A stretch of DNA of 51,019 nt. It comes from Klebsormidium nitens. Its lineage: Eukaryota > Plantae > Klebsormidiophyceae. A program made the translations under genes and the position numbers. This document shows positions 10,259 to 21,527 of this stretch, piece after piece (the stretch's first letter is position 1; each line of letters starts with the position of its first letter). The notes beneath the pieces were generated by a model. The model ran no database searches. It saw nothing but the letters and a program-made list of their open reading frames with translations, and was not told where the DNA came from. The DNA lies in NCBI GenBank assembly GCA_000708835.1, contig DF237565.1, forward strand, positions 1 to 51,019, written 5' to 3'.

Positions 10259-13200
10259 CTACCGCCGGCCCCACGCGCGGGGCTCCTCCTCGTCGTCACT
10301 GCCCACGTCACCATACTGCCAGATGTTGAGCCGCTCCTTCTTGGCCAGCTCCTGGTGCTCCTGAAGCGCCTCGAGCGCCTCCCGCTTCTGCCGCGACGCA
10401 CCGCGCCCCGCCTTCTCAAGACGCGCCAGCCCGGCCTCCAGCAGGACCGACTGGATCGTCGCGCTCGACTCGGGGTCCACCAGGGTCACGATCATCCGGG
10501 GACCCACGCCCTGGCCCCTGTAACGTCGATGAAGTAAACTTCAGGAGCAGTCTTTGAAAGATTAAAAAGGGCTTGTTTGTAGCAAAAGGAAGCGCACTTT
10601 AGGCGAGATGAGTTTTCTTGGCGCAAAATGAAGATGAAAGCCGAGTTAGCTGCCGTCCAGACCCGTTGAACAACTGATGCAGCGGCTCTTGTCGGTTCCA
10701 TCACGGCACTGAACCACGTCTTTCACATGCAAACAGTCTTAGGCAGAAGCCGACTGGCAGATGTCAAACTCGAGATCCACGCCCGTCAAAACCCCCGCTC
10801 ATAGCCTCTACCGCCACTTTCGAAAGAGCATAACGAAACCTCGGGCCTTGAACAAGCAAAGCAATGCCAAGTAAGGTTTGCAACCTCGCGCATTCACATA
10901 TTGTGCTGGTATTATCCGTGCTTATGATCGGATCGTTCTTTCAGCGACTCGACTACGGCCTAACCGACACCGATTACAAATTACACGCATGAAAATACGC
11001 AAAGTTGAAAGAAAAGCGATTCTGGCACAGGCGCTCACTTGGTCCTGCCGGCGGAGTTGTCGCGCTCCTCGACGCGCGCGACGAGCTTCTTGTCGGCGAC
11101 CGTCTCCTGCAGGAGCTGGGCTGCGTCGACGCCGAACTCCTCGTCGAGGCCGGGCACCTTGACGTGCGCGAGCGAGCACAGGTGGCTCTGCTGCGGCACC
11201 GCCGCCAGGCCCGGCTCCATCGGCCGCAGCCGAGAGACGGGCAGCGTCTCCTTGTTGCCATAGTCCACGTAAAACACCTGGAGACAGAAAAGAGTACTAG
11301 TTGGTCAGCTGGGTACCAGGTGAGGGACGGGGTGGCCGTGACACACTTGAAGAGCTGTGGGCTAATCCACATGATGGTGTGATGAGCCGGGGACGACTGA
11401 TTGCGATCGATGACCTCGAGTTTTGCTGTGCCGATTCCGTCTCTTGATTGGAGGAAGGCGAGCGAATGAGTCAGAGTGCCGCTTGACGGCTTTGACAGAT
11501 CATCGGACTCGATTCCAGTCGTTCCTTCCGTGACAGGTCGTCCTCCGACAGGTCAGAGCTGTCTCCCTCTTAGAGTACACCTCAGCTGCACAAAAGTCGG
11601 ATATCATCCATCTGGATCACTGTCCCTCATCACATTTCCAAAACGTCGAGAGCCCTAAACCTAATGGCAATGCAACCCTGCCCCCTTACCTCGTACTTGT
11701 CCCCCCCGGTCCCCGTCGCCTGCTTGGGCGCCTCCACAATCAGCGCGCGCGCAAAACTGTCGTCCAGTGTGAACTGGCCCAGCACCAGCTCCCCTCTCTT
11801 TGGCGCAAATGCGCCGGCGGGCAGCACTTTCTCCTTCAGCTTCAGCCCCTCGAGCTGCGCCTCAATGGACGAGAGACGCGAGTCGCTCTCGACTTGCGCG
11901 TAGAAGCGCGACCCGTCGACGACTTCGGTCACGCGCACGTTCAGGACTTCGCCCTTGGTGTCCGACGTGGAAGCCGCCTCCGCGGCGGCCTCTGCGGCGG
12001 GGTCGTAGTTCTCCCACACCTGCGGCGGTGAAGTTAAGGACTTCCTTTGCGCGGACCAGATTCAGATTCAGAGTTTTACAGTCTGGATTACAAGTTTGCC
12101 AAAAGCAAGCGGACCAGTCCCTAAGCAAAGCCATACGGTCTTGATCACACGTGCGCAAAAGCAAGCGGATCAAGGGTCACAGTACCCGTCGAGTCGACTC
12201 AGGCTGTAGGGTTCAAGGTGGAGCGGATGAACAGGGCGAGAAGGATCAAAAGGTATGTGAATTTGACACAATACTTTTGAATCCAGAAATTTCTGCTCCA
12301 AATGCTCTGGCATGCTCTCAAACTAGCGGACAGCCGACCTAGATCAGATCCAAGACTGCCGCTTCTTGACAAGCAGAATCGCCAGGACATTCTGCTTCTA
12401 AGTGATACTTCGTGAAGCGGGGATTGATCTTGCCTGCCGAAACTCCTCCGATGGACCTCACAAATGAAGCAGGTCAACTTACTCTTGGCTCCGAATAACG
12501 ACATTGAAAGAAACAGAACATAAACACAAGCCCCGCTCACCTTGACCTTGTGCGTCCTGGCCTTCTCCTCGGCCCGCTGCAGGTCGACAGCGCTGGCAGT
12601 CCGCGAGGGGTCGAAGTTGGGGTGCAGCTTGGCGAGGCCGTTCTCGAGCAGCGCCACCGCGACGTTCACCTTGTTCTCGAACAGAGACCCCAGGAACGTG
12701 CCCGTCTTGTCCACCGTCTCGACCTCGATCTGAAGAATCAGGGAAATTTTGAACGCCTCGAATGAAATGATGCAGATACTTGTAAACGGAGGTTGGAAAA
12801 ACGTTTTGGAACTGTTTTTCCTGAGTTAAGGAATAGCCCACGAGGGGACAGGGTACAATAGTACGAGAACCAGTGTCGCAGCAAGAGAGGGCTACCTGAC
12901 ATGACCGGCATATGAACCGACGCAGATTATTGAAGCTTAGCCGCTGGCTGGCCACTCGCAACTCTGAGAAAGGCGGATCTCAGAAACACAGCCGCAAATC
13001 CAACGCCCGACATGTTTGAGTTTGAGTGGCAAAAACAAATGCGGATCCATGGCAAAGTATAAGCATCGTGCCCCCACAAACGAGTGCATCGCTCCGATTC
13101 CCGTTCCGCTGAGTCTCGGATAAGAACGCCCACCTCGACGGAGCGCTGGGAGATCCTGCGGCGCATGAACGCCAGGGCCTCGTCGGCGAAGGGTTCACCC

Positions 13201-16200
13201 CTGCCGGGGCAGCGCACGCCCGCTAGCGAGAAGGCGACAGCGACGCTCTCCTTGGGGATGATCAGCTTGAAGCGGTGCCCGCTCAACACGTAGTCTACCA
13301 CCGCGGGCTGCCGCCCGCTGCGCTGGAGGAATGGCAGGAACTGTTTCGCCTTGGCGGCCGCAGTCTGCAGAGCGAAGAAAGATGTGGTCAGTCTTGGAAG
13401 CAGGAATGCAGAGTAGCTAAGTCCGGCCTGCGTGAGACGAACAACGGCTTGAGGTGCACTGTAGTTTCGTTCCCCGAAGTGACCCCTTCTAGGGTCGCTG
13501 TGCTTGGAAGCCAAAGACATTCTTGGTCGAGTTAAAGCACATGACTACCGCATGAATAAGTGAACCTCCATAGCACAATTCTCAAGCCAGCGCTGTAGTA
13601 AGACCCGTCAGGCGGTGTTTCAACATGCGCAACTCTGCATCTGCGAGGGGCACGCACCCTGTCGGAGATGTCGTTAAGATGCGCAACGGGCGGCTCCTTG
13701 GCAGAGTGCATGCCGGCCTTCTTTTTGGTGGCGCGCGCTTCCGCTGCAACCAGGTTCTCGTAGTACGTCGACCGCTCCTCGAAGTCGCGGTGCCGCACGA
13801 CCGTCGCGAAGCCCCGTCCAACCACCATCTCAGCGACGTTGATGCCCTGGAAGGAGAGATACCAAGAAACTTTAAGACAAGGTGAGTTGAGCAAGGGTGT
13901 TTGGAGCATGCATCTTTTCACTCAATTTCAGATGCACCCTTGGCGTGTGATAAAGTAGGTGCGCCAAACAGGAACTTGAGATCGAGAGAAATATTCCAAA
14001 GCCCGGCCCCACTATTCTTCCGGCGACGCTGCTGCCCTGCCCAAACGACCTCATGACAGTAGAGATCAAAACCGTTGCCCAATCGTGTGGAAGCTCCTTT
14101 CTTCGAAACCCTCGCCTTCGCCAGCCTTTCTCAAAGCGAACCTTCCCAATAGTGCTTCATTCTATCTCGACTCTCAAACGCGTTAAAACGATCCCAGCAT
14201 AAACGACGTGGTCCAAGATAGCACAGAAAAGCTCTTGCTGAATACAAAAATCCTACCTTGCAATGTTTCGATAACTGTCGTTACTATTCAACTATGTGCC
14301 GCCATGCCAATCATGTGCTCCATCCAACGAGGCCTGGAACGGTTATGATCACACTCACAGGCGCTGGCGCTTCTCCATTGGCTGTGGGCGCAACGGTGGC
14401 CCCCTCTGCGTCCTTGCTCTTGTCCAGCAAAAAGAGGGATCCGAACTCCATGTTGCGCTCGCCGCCCGGGGCTGGTACGGGGCCGTCGGTAGGGGCCACC
14501 TTGCGGGTGTACTCCATCTGGACTGCCACCTGGCAGCCGTACAAGATTTCATGTCAGTCGGGCACACAGTTGACATAGGAACCTTTTCCAAACGTGGGAA
14601 GCGCAGGAAAAAAACCTTTTCCTAAAGTGCAACGCTGATCAAGAAACTTCCAAATGTACATCGTCCACCCAAAAGACATCAAACATACCCGTGATGTCTT
14701 CATAAGTACTCAAATAATTGAGACAGGCCAGTGGCCTAATCACGTAGCAAACCAACTCCGTGAACATGTTGAGGCTGACAGGGCAGCCCATATTCCGTTA
14801 GCCGTTAGCTGCTCGGTTCTCCGCTTGAGAAACGCCAAAGATGTTAGTGCAGGGCTTTCTGACCTGATTCTGCAGACTTCTGGATTCTGAAGACTTCTGA
14901 GATCTTGGGGCTGCTGAGATCCAAATCCCAAAATTGTAGAGATTGGGGATCGTCCACTGCGGCTCACCTTCTGGCCGATCAAGCGCGAGCGCAGAAACTC
15001 CTTGGCCTCCCGTGCATGCGGCGCAGGCTTCTCGTCCCGCCGCGGGTTGCCGACCTTAGGCGCCCGGATGCTGGACAGGTTCACACGCCGCTCCGCCAAG
15101 GGGGATCCCTCTGGGGCCGCATCGTCCGCCACCACCACGCAATCTCCGCTGACCACCTCAATAACCTGCAACACAAGCCACCAAGTAAAAGTCTTCTGGT
15201 GTTCGAAGGGAAGGTAGCAAAGGGCGATCTGTAAGCCTGCCAAGACCACCCAACATCAAAGAGCAAGGATCAGGGTCCCTCGATGACGATTCTGTGGATG
15301 GCCTCCAATCCAGAAGTCCAAAAGTCTCCTATCTCAGGCCCTCGCTGAAGAAGCGAAGAACGACACATTTCTCGCACCAGGTGACGTACAAGCATCACCA
15401 GCAACTTCACCGATCGTCTCATTCCAAAAAAAATAGATGCTTGAGACTTTCTTTGGAACCAACGCTAGCGTTATCCGCGATTCGCGTCGTTTACCTACTG
15501 ATATCCGTCCTCGGGTGTGTATAAAGAGAAGCGGCTGGAGCCACATAAGGCAGGCCCGTCAGCATAGCAATTTGCAGCAAACATGCAGGAGTAACGTAGA
15601 ACAACCGCTGCACCCCAACGGAACTCCCCCCGGTGAAGGCTGAAAGAAATGCTCACGACGCCAGTGAAGTTGTCGTCCCTGACGGCCACGGAGTTGGACG
15701 GCGCCGGCACGAAGTTGACCCAGAGGCGCAGTTTGTCCAGCTTGGCCTGCCGCTCCGTCGCCTTGAGCTTCTCCTTGGCCAGCGGCTCCAGCATCGCTGC
15801 GCTCCACTCCACAACGCGCGCCAGCCCCTGCAACCAGAAAGAACAGTTCCTTAATCTCTGTAAGAGTGCCCTACGGATGCAGCATGGCCGCATCTCATTC
15901 CACAACGCTCGCCGGCCTTCGAAGAGCTGGGCACCACAAATGATCCCGTGACGTTTCTCCAGAAGGAAGTACGGGATGTTCAGGAGTTGAATTTACAAGA
16001 CGGGTCGACCCCCGCTGAGAACGATGCCGAAGTCGGGTGAACGTTCACCTGGTCGAGATCGGATGGATAGAGGCATGCGGTGTGAGGGCACAAGCGTGCG
16101 GTGTAAGGGCGAAGGCAAACATCCTTGATTTTTGAAGCTCAAAATACTCGCCAAGCTCAAGCCGTGCACCAATTTTCCGTTAAAGTCGAGGAGTTGTATT

Positions 16201-19200
16201 CGAGGTCAGGAGCTACAAGTTCATGCAGAATTTCAAAGTTCGGCAGGATCAACGCAGTATTCTGCATTGGCGAATCGCAGCAGTGGGCCAATATGGAACG
16301 CAGCAGTGAGCCAATACGAAAAGCATTTCAGACATGCCCACCGAGTCGACGTACACAGGACGTGCGAGATGCCAATCTAACTGAATGCTGACGTACCTGG
16401 CTGACAAGTTGGAGGGCGAGGTCCTGTGCCACGTCATTCTCCGAGTAAAAGATGGACCCAAACAAGTTGTTATACTTGTCGACTCCGTCGAGGACGATTC
16501 TGACGTCCCGGTGCAAAACCCTGCAGCAACAGTGCAGGAATTCATGGTGGATATTCAAAATGAGCAACGCCTGTCGATGTAGCAATCCTTCAATTTGTCG
16601 GTGAGGGCTCAGACAGATTGGAGAGGAGAAACAATGAGCATCCTCTGTTGACCGGTTGAAGGGTCTGCTCAATCAGCTGGAGCGGACTCCAGTTGGAGAC
16701 TCCCTCTGAAACCTTAGCTTCGCCTAATGTCCTAACCGCTTCTAGACCACTACGCTACTAGCAAGAGAAGCGTCCCTCGAGTTATGCAGGACACAAAGCT
16801 AGCTCTTCAAAAGGGAGCAGATTCCGAACCAGCAGCATGACAGCGCACCTCGTTTCCGTGAAGTGCTTCGCTTCCCTAGCGAACGGGTCTGGCGCAACCT
16901 CCACCGGCGCATTCGCAGCGGCCAGCCGTTGAGCTGAAGTGAGGGGCTCCGAAGCAGCTCCCGATCCACCGTTGGTCTCGGCCTTGGCAGTTTCCGGCAC
17001 GGCCTCGACGGGAGGAGGCCGCCTACCCATTGACGGACACTACAGAGAGGTTCAAGAACGTTCGATGCTTCGTAATCTCAGCAGGTGTCACGTTCCTTTT
17101 TGTTGTCCGAAAGTCAACACGTGCCTAAACGGGCACCCTGAAGGCGTTGATTCCGCCATCTCAAGCGGCCCTTCTGAAGCTATTGCTGCCGCAATCAAGT
17201 CTCTGCAAAGCTTATCTTCGGCTTGATCTTTAGAAAAACAGGCAAATGGGACAAATGATTCAACTACTGTCCGCAGAAACGGCGTTACATGTGACATACC
17301 TGGATACCCGTTGTATAGACCTGTACGAACTGGTAGCTTGGAAGGAGCCAGACCCGGATCGTGCTGCCATCCCGAACCATCTGCATCGCCATGGACAAGC
17401 AACGCCATCTAAGAGTGTGGTCGCCAGTACAGGGCTAAAAGAAAGGTGCAGTCGTTGCGAGCAGAGAGTCACTTGAAGATTCATCCAGTGGGTTGACGGC
17501 TATTTCTTGTCAGGAAACGAGGTTCCATGTGCTCCCCTGTTGTGTACCATCCATTTCAATCAGGAAAAAAATCTGTAGATTCCCGTGTCAATACTCTACT
17601 TAGAACTCCCTGGGTCGGAAAGAGGTTAGAGAGCCTACCTCCACAAGAGCCGGGATGGCCTTCCCCTTGCATTCGTCGAGAAGCCCAAGTGCGTCGAAGG
17701 TGCTCCCTTCACCCACTCCCGAGGGCGGAAGGTCGCGCACTGAGGCCTCTGCTGCTCCCGGGGTTTTGTTCCACATGCCCAGGCCCTGGCTCTGCGCCTG
17801 CTCCTCCGCCTTCACAAGATCCGCCAGGTACGGGCTCTGCTCCGACTGAGCATTCACCTGGGTTTTAACCTGCCAGCAAAAATGAAGACTTATTAGTATG
17901 CGTACGTTGAACCACATGATAGCAATATATAAATCAGGGTTGACAAGTAGCACACAGAGTGCATCTGTTCCTCGCACATATCCCCTATCCCTGCTCAAAC
18001 AACGACTTGGTCTCTCAGAACTGTCACTCGCATCCAGCTTGAAGTTTGCCAACGCATCCATCATTAAGTGACGACACTGTGCGCTCGGTTGACATTCATA
18101 GACACATAGCATATAAGTCAGATACACTCCCATGGACCTTCGCAGCCGCAACCACAGGTGCAACACCGGGAACATCCCGGAATTGACACTAACATTCCAA
18201 CTCATCGCTTACTCTGTAGAAACGAGCAGATCGGAACAAGGATTCCCGATGCCAATCATGTAGCGCTTAGCTGCAAATGCTCACCCTGGCCCATCCGTTT
18301 GCCACCACATCGAGCGCCAGATTGGTGTCATCCATGAAAACGCTGCCAAACTCGCGGTTGATGGACGGCACAGCATAGTCCACCTTGAAGACCACCGCCT
18401 TGCCAATGACCTTCTTGCGCAGGTACTCGCGGCTCTGCCACGCCCACGGCTCATCTTTGGTGTCCCGGCGAGCCTGGAGGGGGGAGAGAGATGAGTGTCA
18501 GAAACGGCAGTAGAGGGGACAATCTGGCGAGCTTGCTGGTGGACTCGACTGTGCGAGATAGAGGAGGGCTGATGGGATTTCAACGAGTAATGATTACTCG
18601 CGCGTCCTCGCAAAAGCAGGGGCACTCCGGTGAAGACGGCTGGTTTTGATCAAGGAGGTGTACACTTAGCAGCACAGTCACCATGATCAATTCAACCGAT
18701 ATGCACGCCTAACCCTGACAATTGCAAACCCAAGTGGAAACCCTAGTTTCCACTTCAGATTTCAAGAAAAACTCGGGTGGTGCAGAAGATGATCAATCTG
18801 CTTTGTATCTCTTTAAAGCAGCAATTGAAGGAGCACAATGAAACAAAAGCACAGTCATATGTGGCCTAGCGTCTAGTGAGCAATAGCTTTGCAAGGACCA
18901 CCGCAAAAGTGGTGCACATTGAATGACGGCTACATTGAGATTTAAGAGCACCACGTGAATGCAGGTTCGTCAAACAACTTGCTAAGTCTGCATAGCTATG
19001 CACTGCAAGATCCTCATGTAATCAACGCACACAAAGCAGCACCTCAAAATCCTTATTCAGGCTCACCAATCGAGGGCTCATCAGTGAGGAGAGTGTGATA
19101 GTCTTCTCAGGAGGTGGTCCGCTTTTGACACTGCCTACAATTGTGAGGCAATCTCCAGAGGAAACAGCTTTCACAGTGCCACGGAGCCATTGTCCCTGAG

Positions 19201-19204
19201 CCAT
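10259..19204 (-). CDS. TSN: Tudor staphylococcal nuclease (Tudor-SN / SND1 / p100), ~976 aa
   Basis: 15 exons: 19204-19067, 18473-18285, 17869-17639, 17380-17300, 17039-16849, 16520-16397, 15827-15657, 15165-14968, 14529-14359, 13846-13658, 13364-13134, 12729-12541, 12019-11690, 11277-11039, 10517-10259 (2931 nt, phases consistent). Motifs include WLRGTVKAVSSGDCL, DEPWAWQSREYLRKKVIGK, VRDGST, VVDYVLSGHRFK, Tudor VFYVDYGNKE and C-terminal IWQYGDVGSDDE. Confidence 0.96.
18732..18755. repeat. Perfect 10-bp-stem inverted repeat containing a telo-box (AAACCCTA), TSN first coding-region intron
   Basis: AAGTGGAAAC-CCTA-GTTTCCACTT, with AAACCCTA at 18738-18745. Confidence 0.55.
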
Positions 19205-19215
19205 GGTAAGTGGTC

Positions 19216-19500
19216 CTGCAAAATGCGTATAATCTTAGTCTAAGCAAGTTTCCAGCTGATTTGCCAAAACCCTTTTCTGAAAAATATGCTCTTAATGTGA
19301 CCGCTAACTATCCCAAGGAATCTAGGCACCCATTGAAAAATGGACAATGACAAGCAGTCCATTTACTTTTTGGATTGCTAGCTCAGATTGGCTTTCAGAA
19401 AGCAATCAATGCATCAACGGCCTCAGCCCGCTGAGCTTACAAATCAGCAAACCCACAACCTCATTGCAGCTGAGAGTCTCAATTCCTGGTGCACACTCAC
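19216..19500 (-). other. Probable 5'-UTR intron of TSN
   Basis: Donor TTCAG|GTGAGT at 19500 and acceptor ATTTTGCAG| 11 nt before the ATG (gaccacttacc-ATG). Confidence 0.6.
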
Positions 19501-19708
19501 CTGAATAGCAGCTCACTGGCTCCTTCAGATCGTAGAATTGGGACAAAAAGGACGAAAGGGATGACTATTCCTCCTTGATTGGAAAATTGCAGCGCCCTAT
19601 CCTCTTCTTCCGAAATCGGAAATGGAAAATGTAGCCTTCAGTGCAGGCCCCAGGGTGTTCCAAATTCCAATATCTTTGACGGGTGTTTGACCGTCGATGA
19701 AACAGTTC

Positions 19709-19726
19709 TACTCACATATGTGAGTA
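19709..19726. promoter_or_regulatory. Perfect 18-bp palindrome in the TSN/MAPK divergent promoter region
   Basis: TACTCACATATGTGAGTA is self-complementary and has a central CATATG E-box. The regulatory role is inferred only from position. Confidence 0.35.
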
Positions 19727-21527
19727 TTTTAGGCTGACATAGGCGCTCATTTTGGACCACCTTAAATCATCGACTCGATGATGTGTGTATTTATAACTTT
19801 TCCTGCAAGCGCACAATTAAAACAACGAAATTGCATTGTCACAGGGCATATTGGGGCATTTGTAGCAGGTTTCAAAGTTACTCAAGCAAATGCTTGTCAA
19901 GTCAAAGATGACACAACACATCTCAGCTTAATCGACGGTGAGTGTTGCAAGCACGTGCCTGGTTGGTTGGTTTTCGCAAACTTGTCTGAAGGCTCAACTG
20001 CAATCAGGCAGTTGATCGTCGAAAGCCGAAACCTTAGACGATCGATAGAAGGTACCAGATGCAGCAGATGAACTCTTTGCCTCTAAATTGACGCTTATGT
20101 ATGTTGGATCGACCTAGTGCATGAGATGATACATTGGTAGTCTGCACGTCTTGATGGTCCTACTGCAACAGGTACTACTAGGCTGGTGCCAGTAATGGAT
20201 GGAAAACCTGGAAGAGGCCCGCCTTTTTGTACTAGATTTCGACAAGATCTTCCATAATGATAATGTGTAATGTACCAATGGAAGCTTCACCACACGACAC
20301 GTGGTCCAGGCGGTTCAATGACACGACCCTAGCTGCTGGTTTTGCATGAGACTGGATTTTGACCATGAATTTCTCAGCCCTCGACGGGGCCCTCGAGCTC
20401 CTGCCAGTGCCAGCAGTGTTGAAGGCCGCTTCCGTGCTGCGGCAATGAGGTCTCTGCAAAAAGGGATTGCGTCATCGCGTAATTCAGTGCAGTGGGGACA
20501 CAGTCTCCTGAGTCCCGGATTCCAAAATTTTCAAATTCGACCGCGTTCTATGAGAATCAGCTCAGTGATGATTCACCTACCTCCTACATTGCAGCTTCAG
20601 TTCAACTTCAAGCTCGTTCAAAAGGAGGCTCTTTTGTCTAGGGCTGGGCTGATTTGTATCGAGTTTGATTAGTACCAGGCCGGCGGAACGAAGAATCTCA
20701 GGGCAGCAATGTTGGTTGCAGGAACGAGGTTCAGGGGCTCTGAGCGCATAAACCTATGAGTTTTCTCATCAGGACGGAATCAGGAAGGCAGTTGAAAGGA
20801 ACCGACTTGAAGGCAGTGACATTCTGGTCCTCGAGCTTGAAGAAGGAACATTGAGCAACAATGCGCTTCAAGGTTTGTCTCTCACACGGGATCTCGATCG
20901 GGCTCATGCAGATGCTTTGTTTGATTGATGACGTCGTTCTAGCTATTAACTCTGCATAGCCTGATCAATAGTTGCCCAACTCGCATTGAAACTCTTACGT
21001 GCCTCAATCTACTGGGCTAATCTATCATGCTGGAGAAAGATGGAAGGGCACCTTTCTGGCGGCATTAGTTCCGCCACTTATCTTGGAAGCCTGTCATGTA
21101 GCTCGTGAAGGGGGAGGCGGCTGGTGTCCGGTTAGCCATTCTGAACACTTCTAGAAACCAGCTTCCGTTGCACACGAAGATTGATCTTGTGGACTTGCTA
21201 GCTGCCATGGTTTGCAGAATCATGGTCTATTTGTATTGTGAAGCTGCTGACTTGATCTTGCAGGAAGTATAATCCACTGCGAAGCTGCACAACAATTGTG
21301 GGCTATGTAGGTTGTGGGTTTTGACATGACTGTTGCATATGGACACTAGGAAGCAGCTAGGCGAAACCAGAATCACAATTCTCAAAGGCTACAGTCGGTA
21401 GATTCAAAGTTGCATAGTAAGCAACGAGTTCCAAACTGGTACAGTAGCGGGTCCAGATCTGGGTTGATGCGACGCAGGAAGCTCCAACGATTTTAGGAGT
21501 AGATTCGTGTTCTGGCAGGAGGTCAAG

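Noticed and set aside
10259-19204. Proximity of two Tudor-domain genes (gene 1 and TSN) suggesting a functional cluster
   Set aside because: Different Tudor subtypes with no sequence similarity. Eukaryotic neighbours with unrelated functions give no support for an operon-like system.
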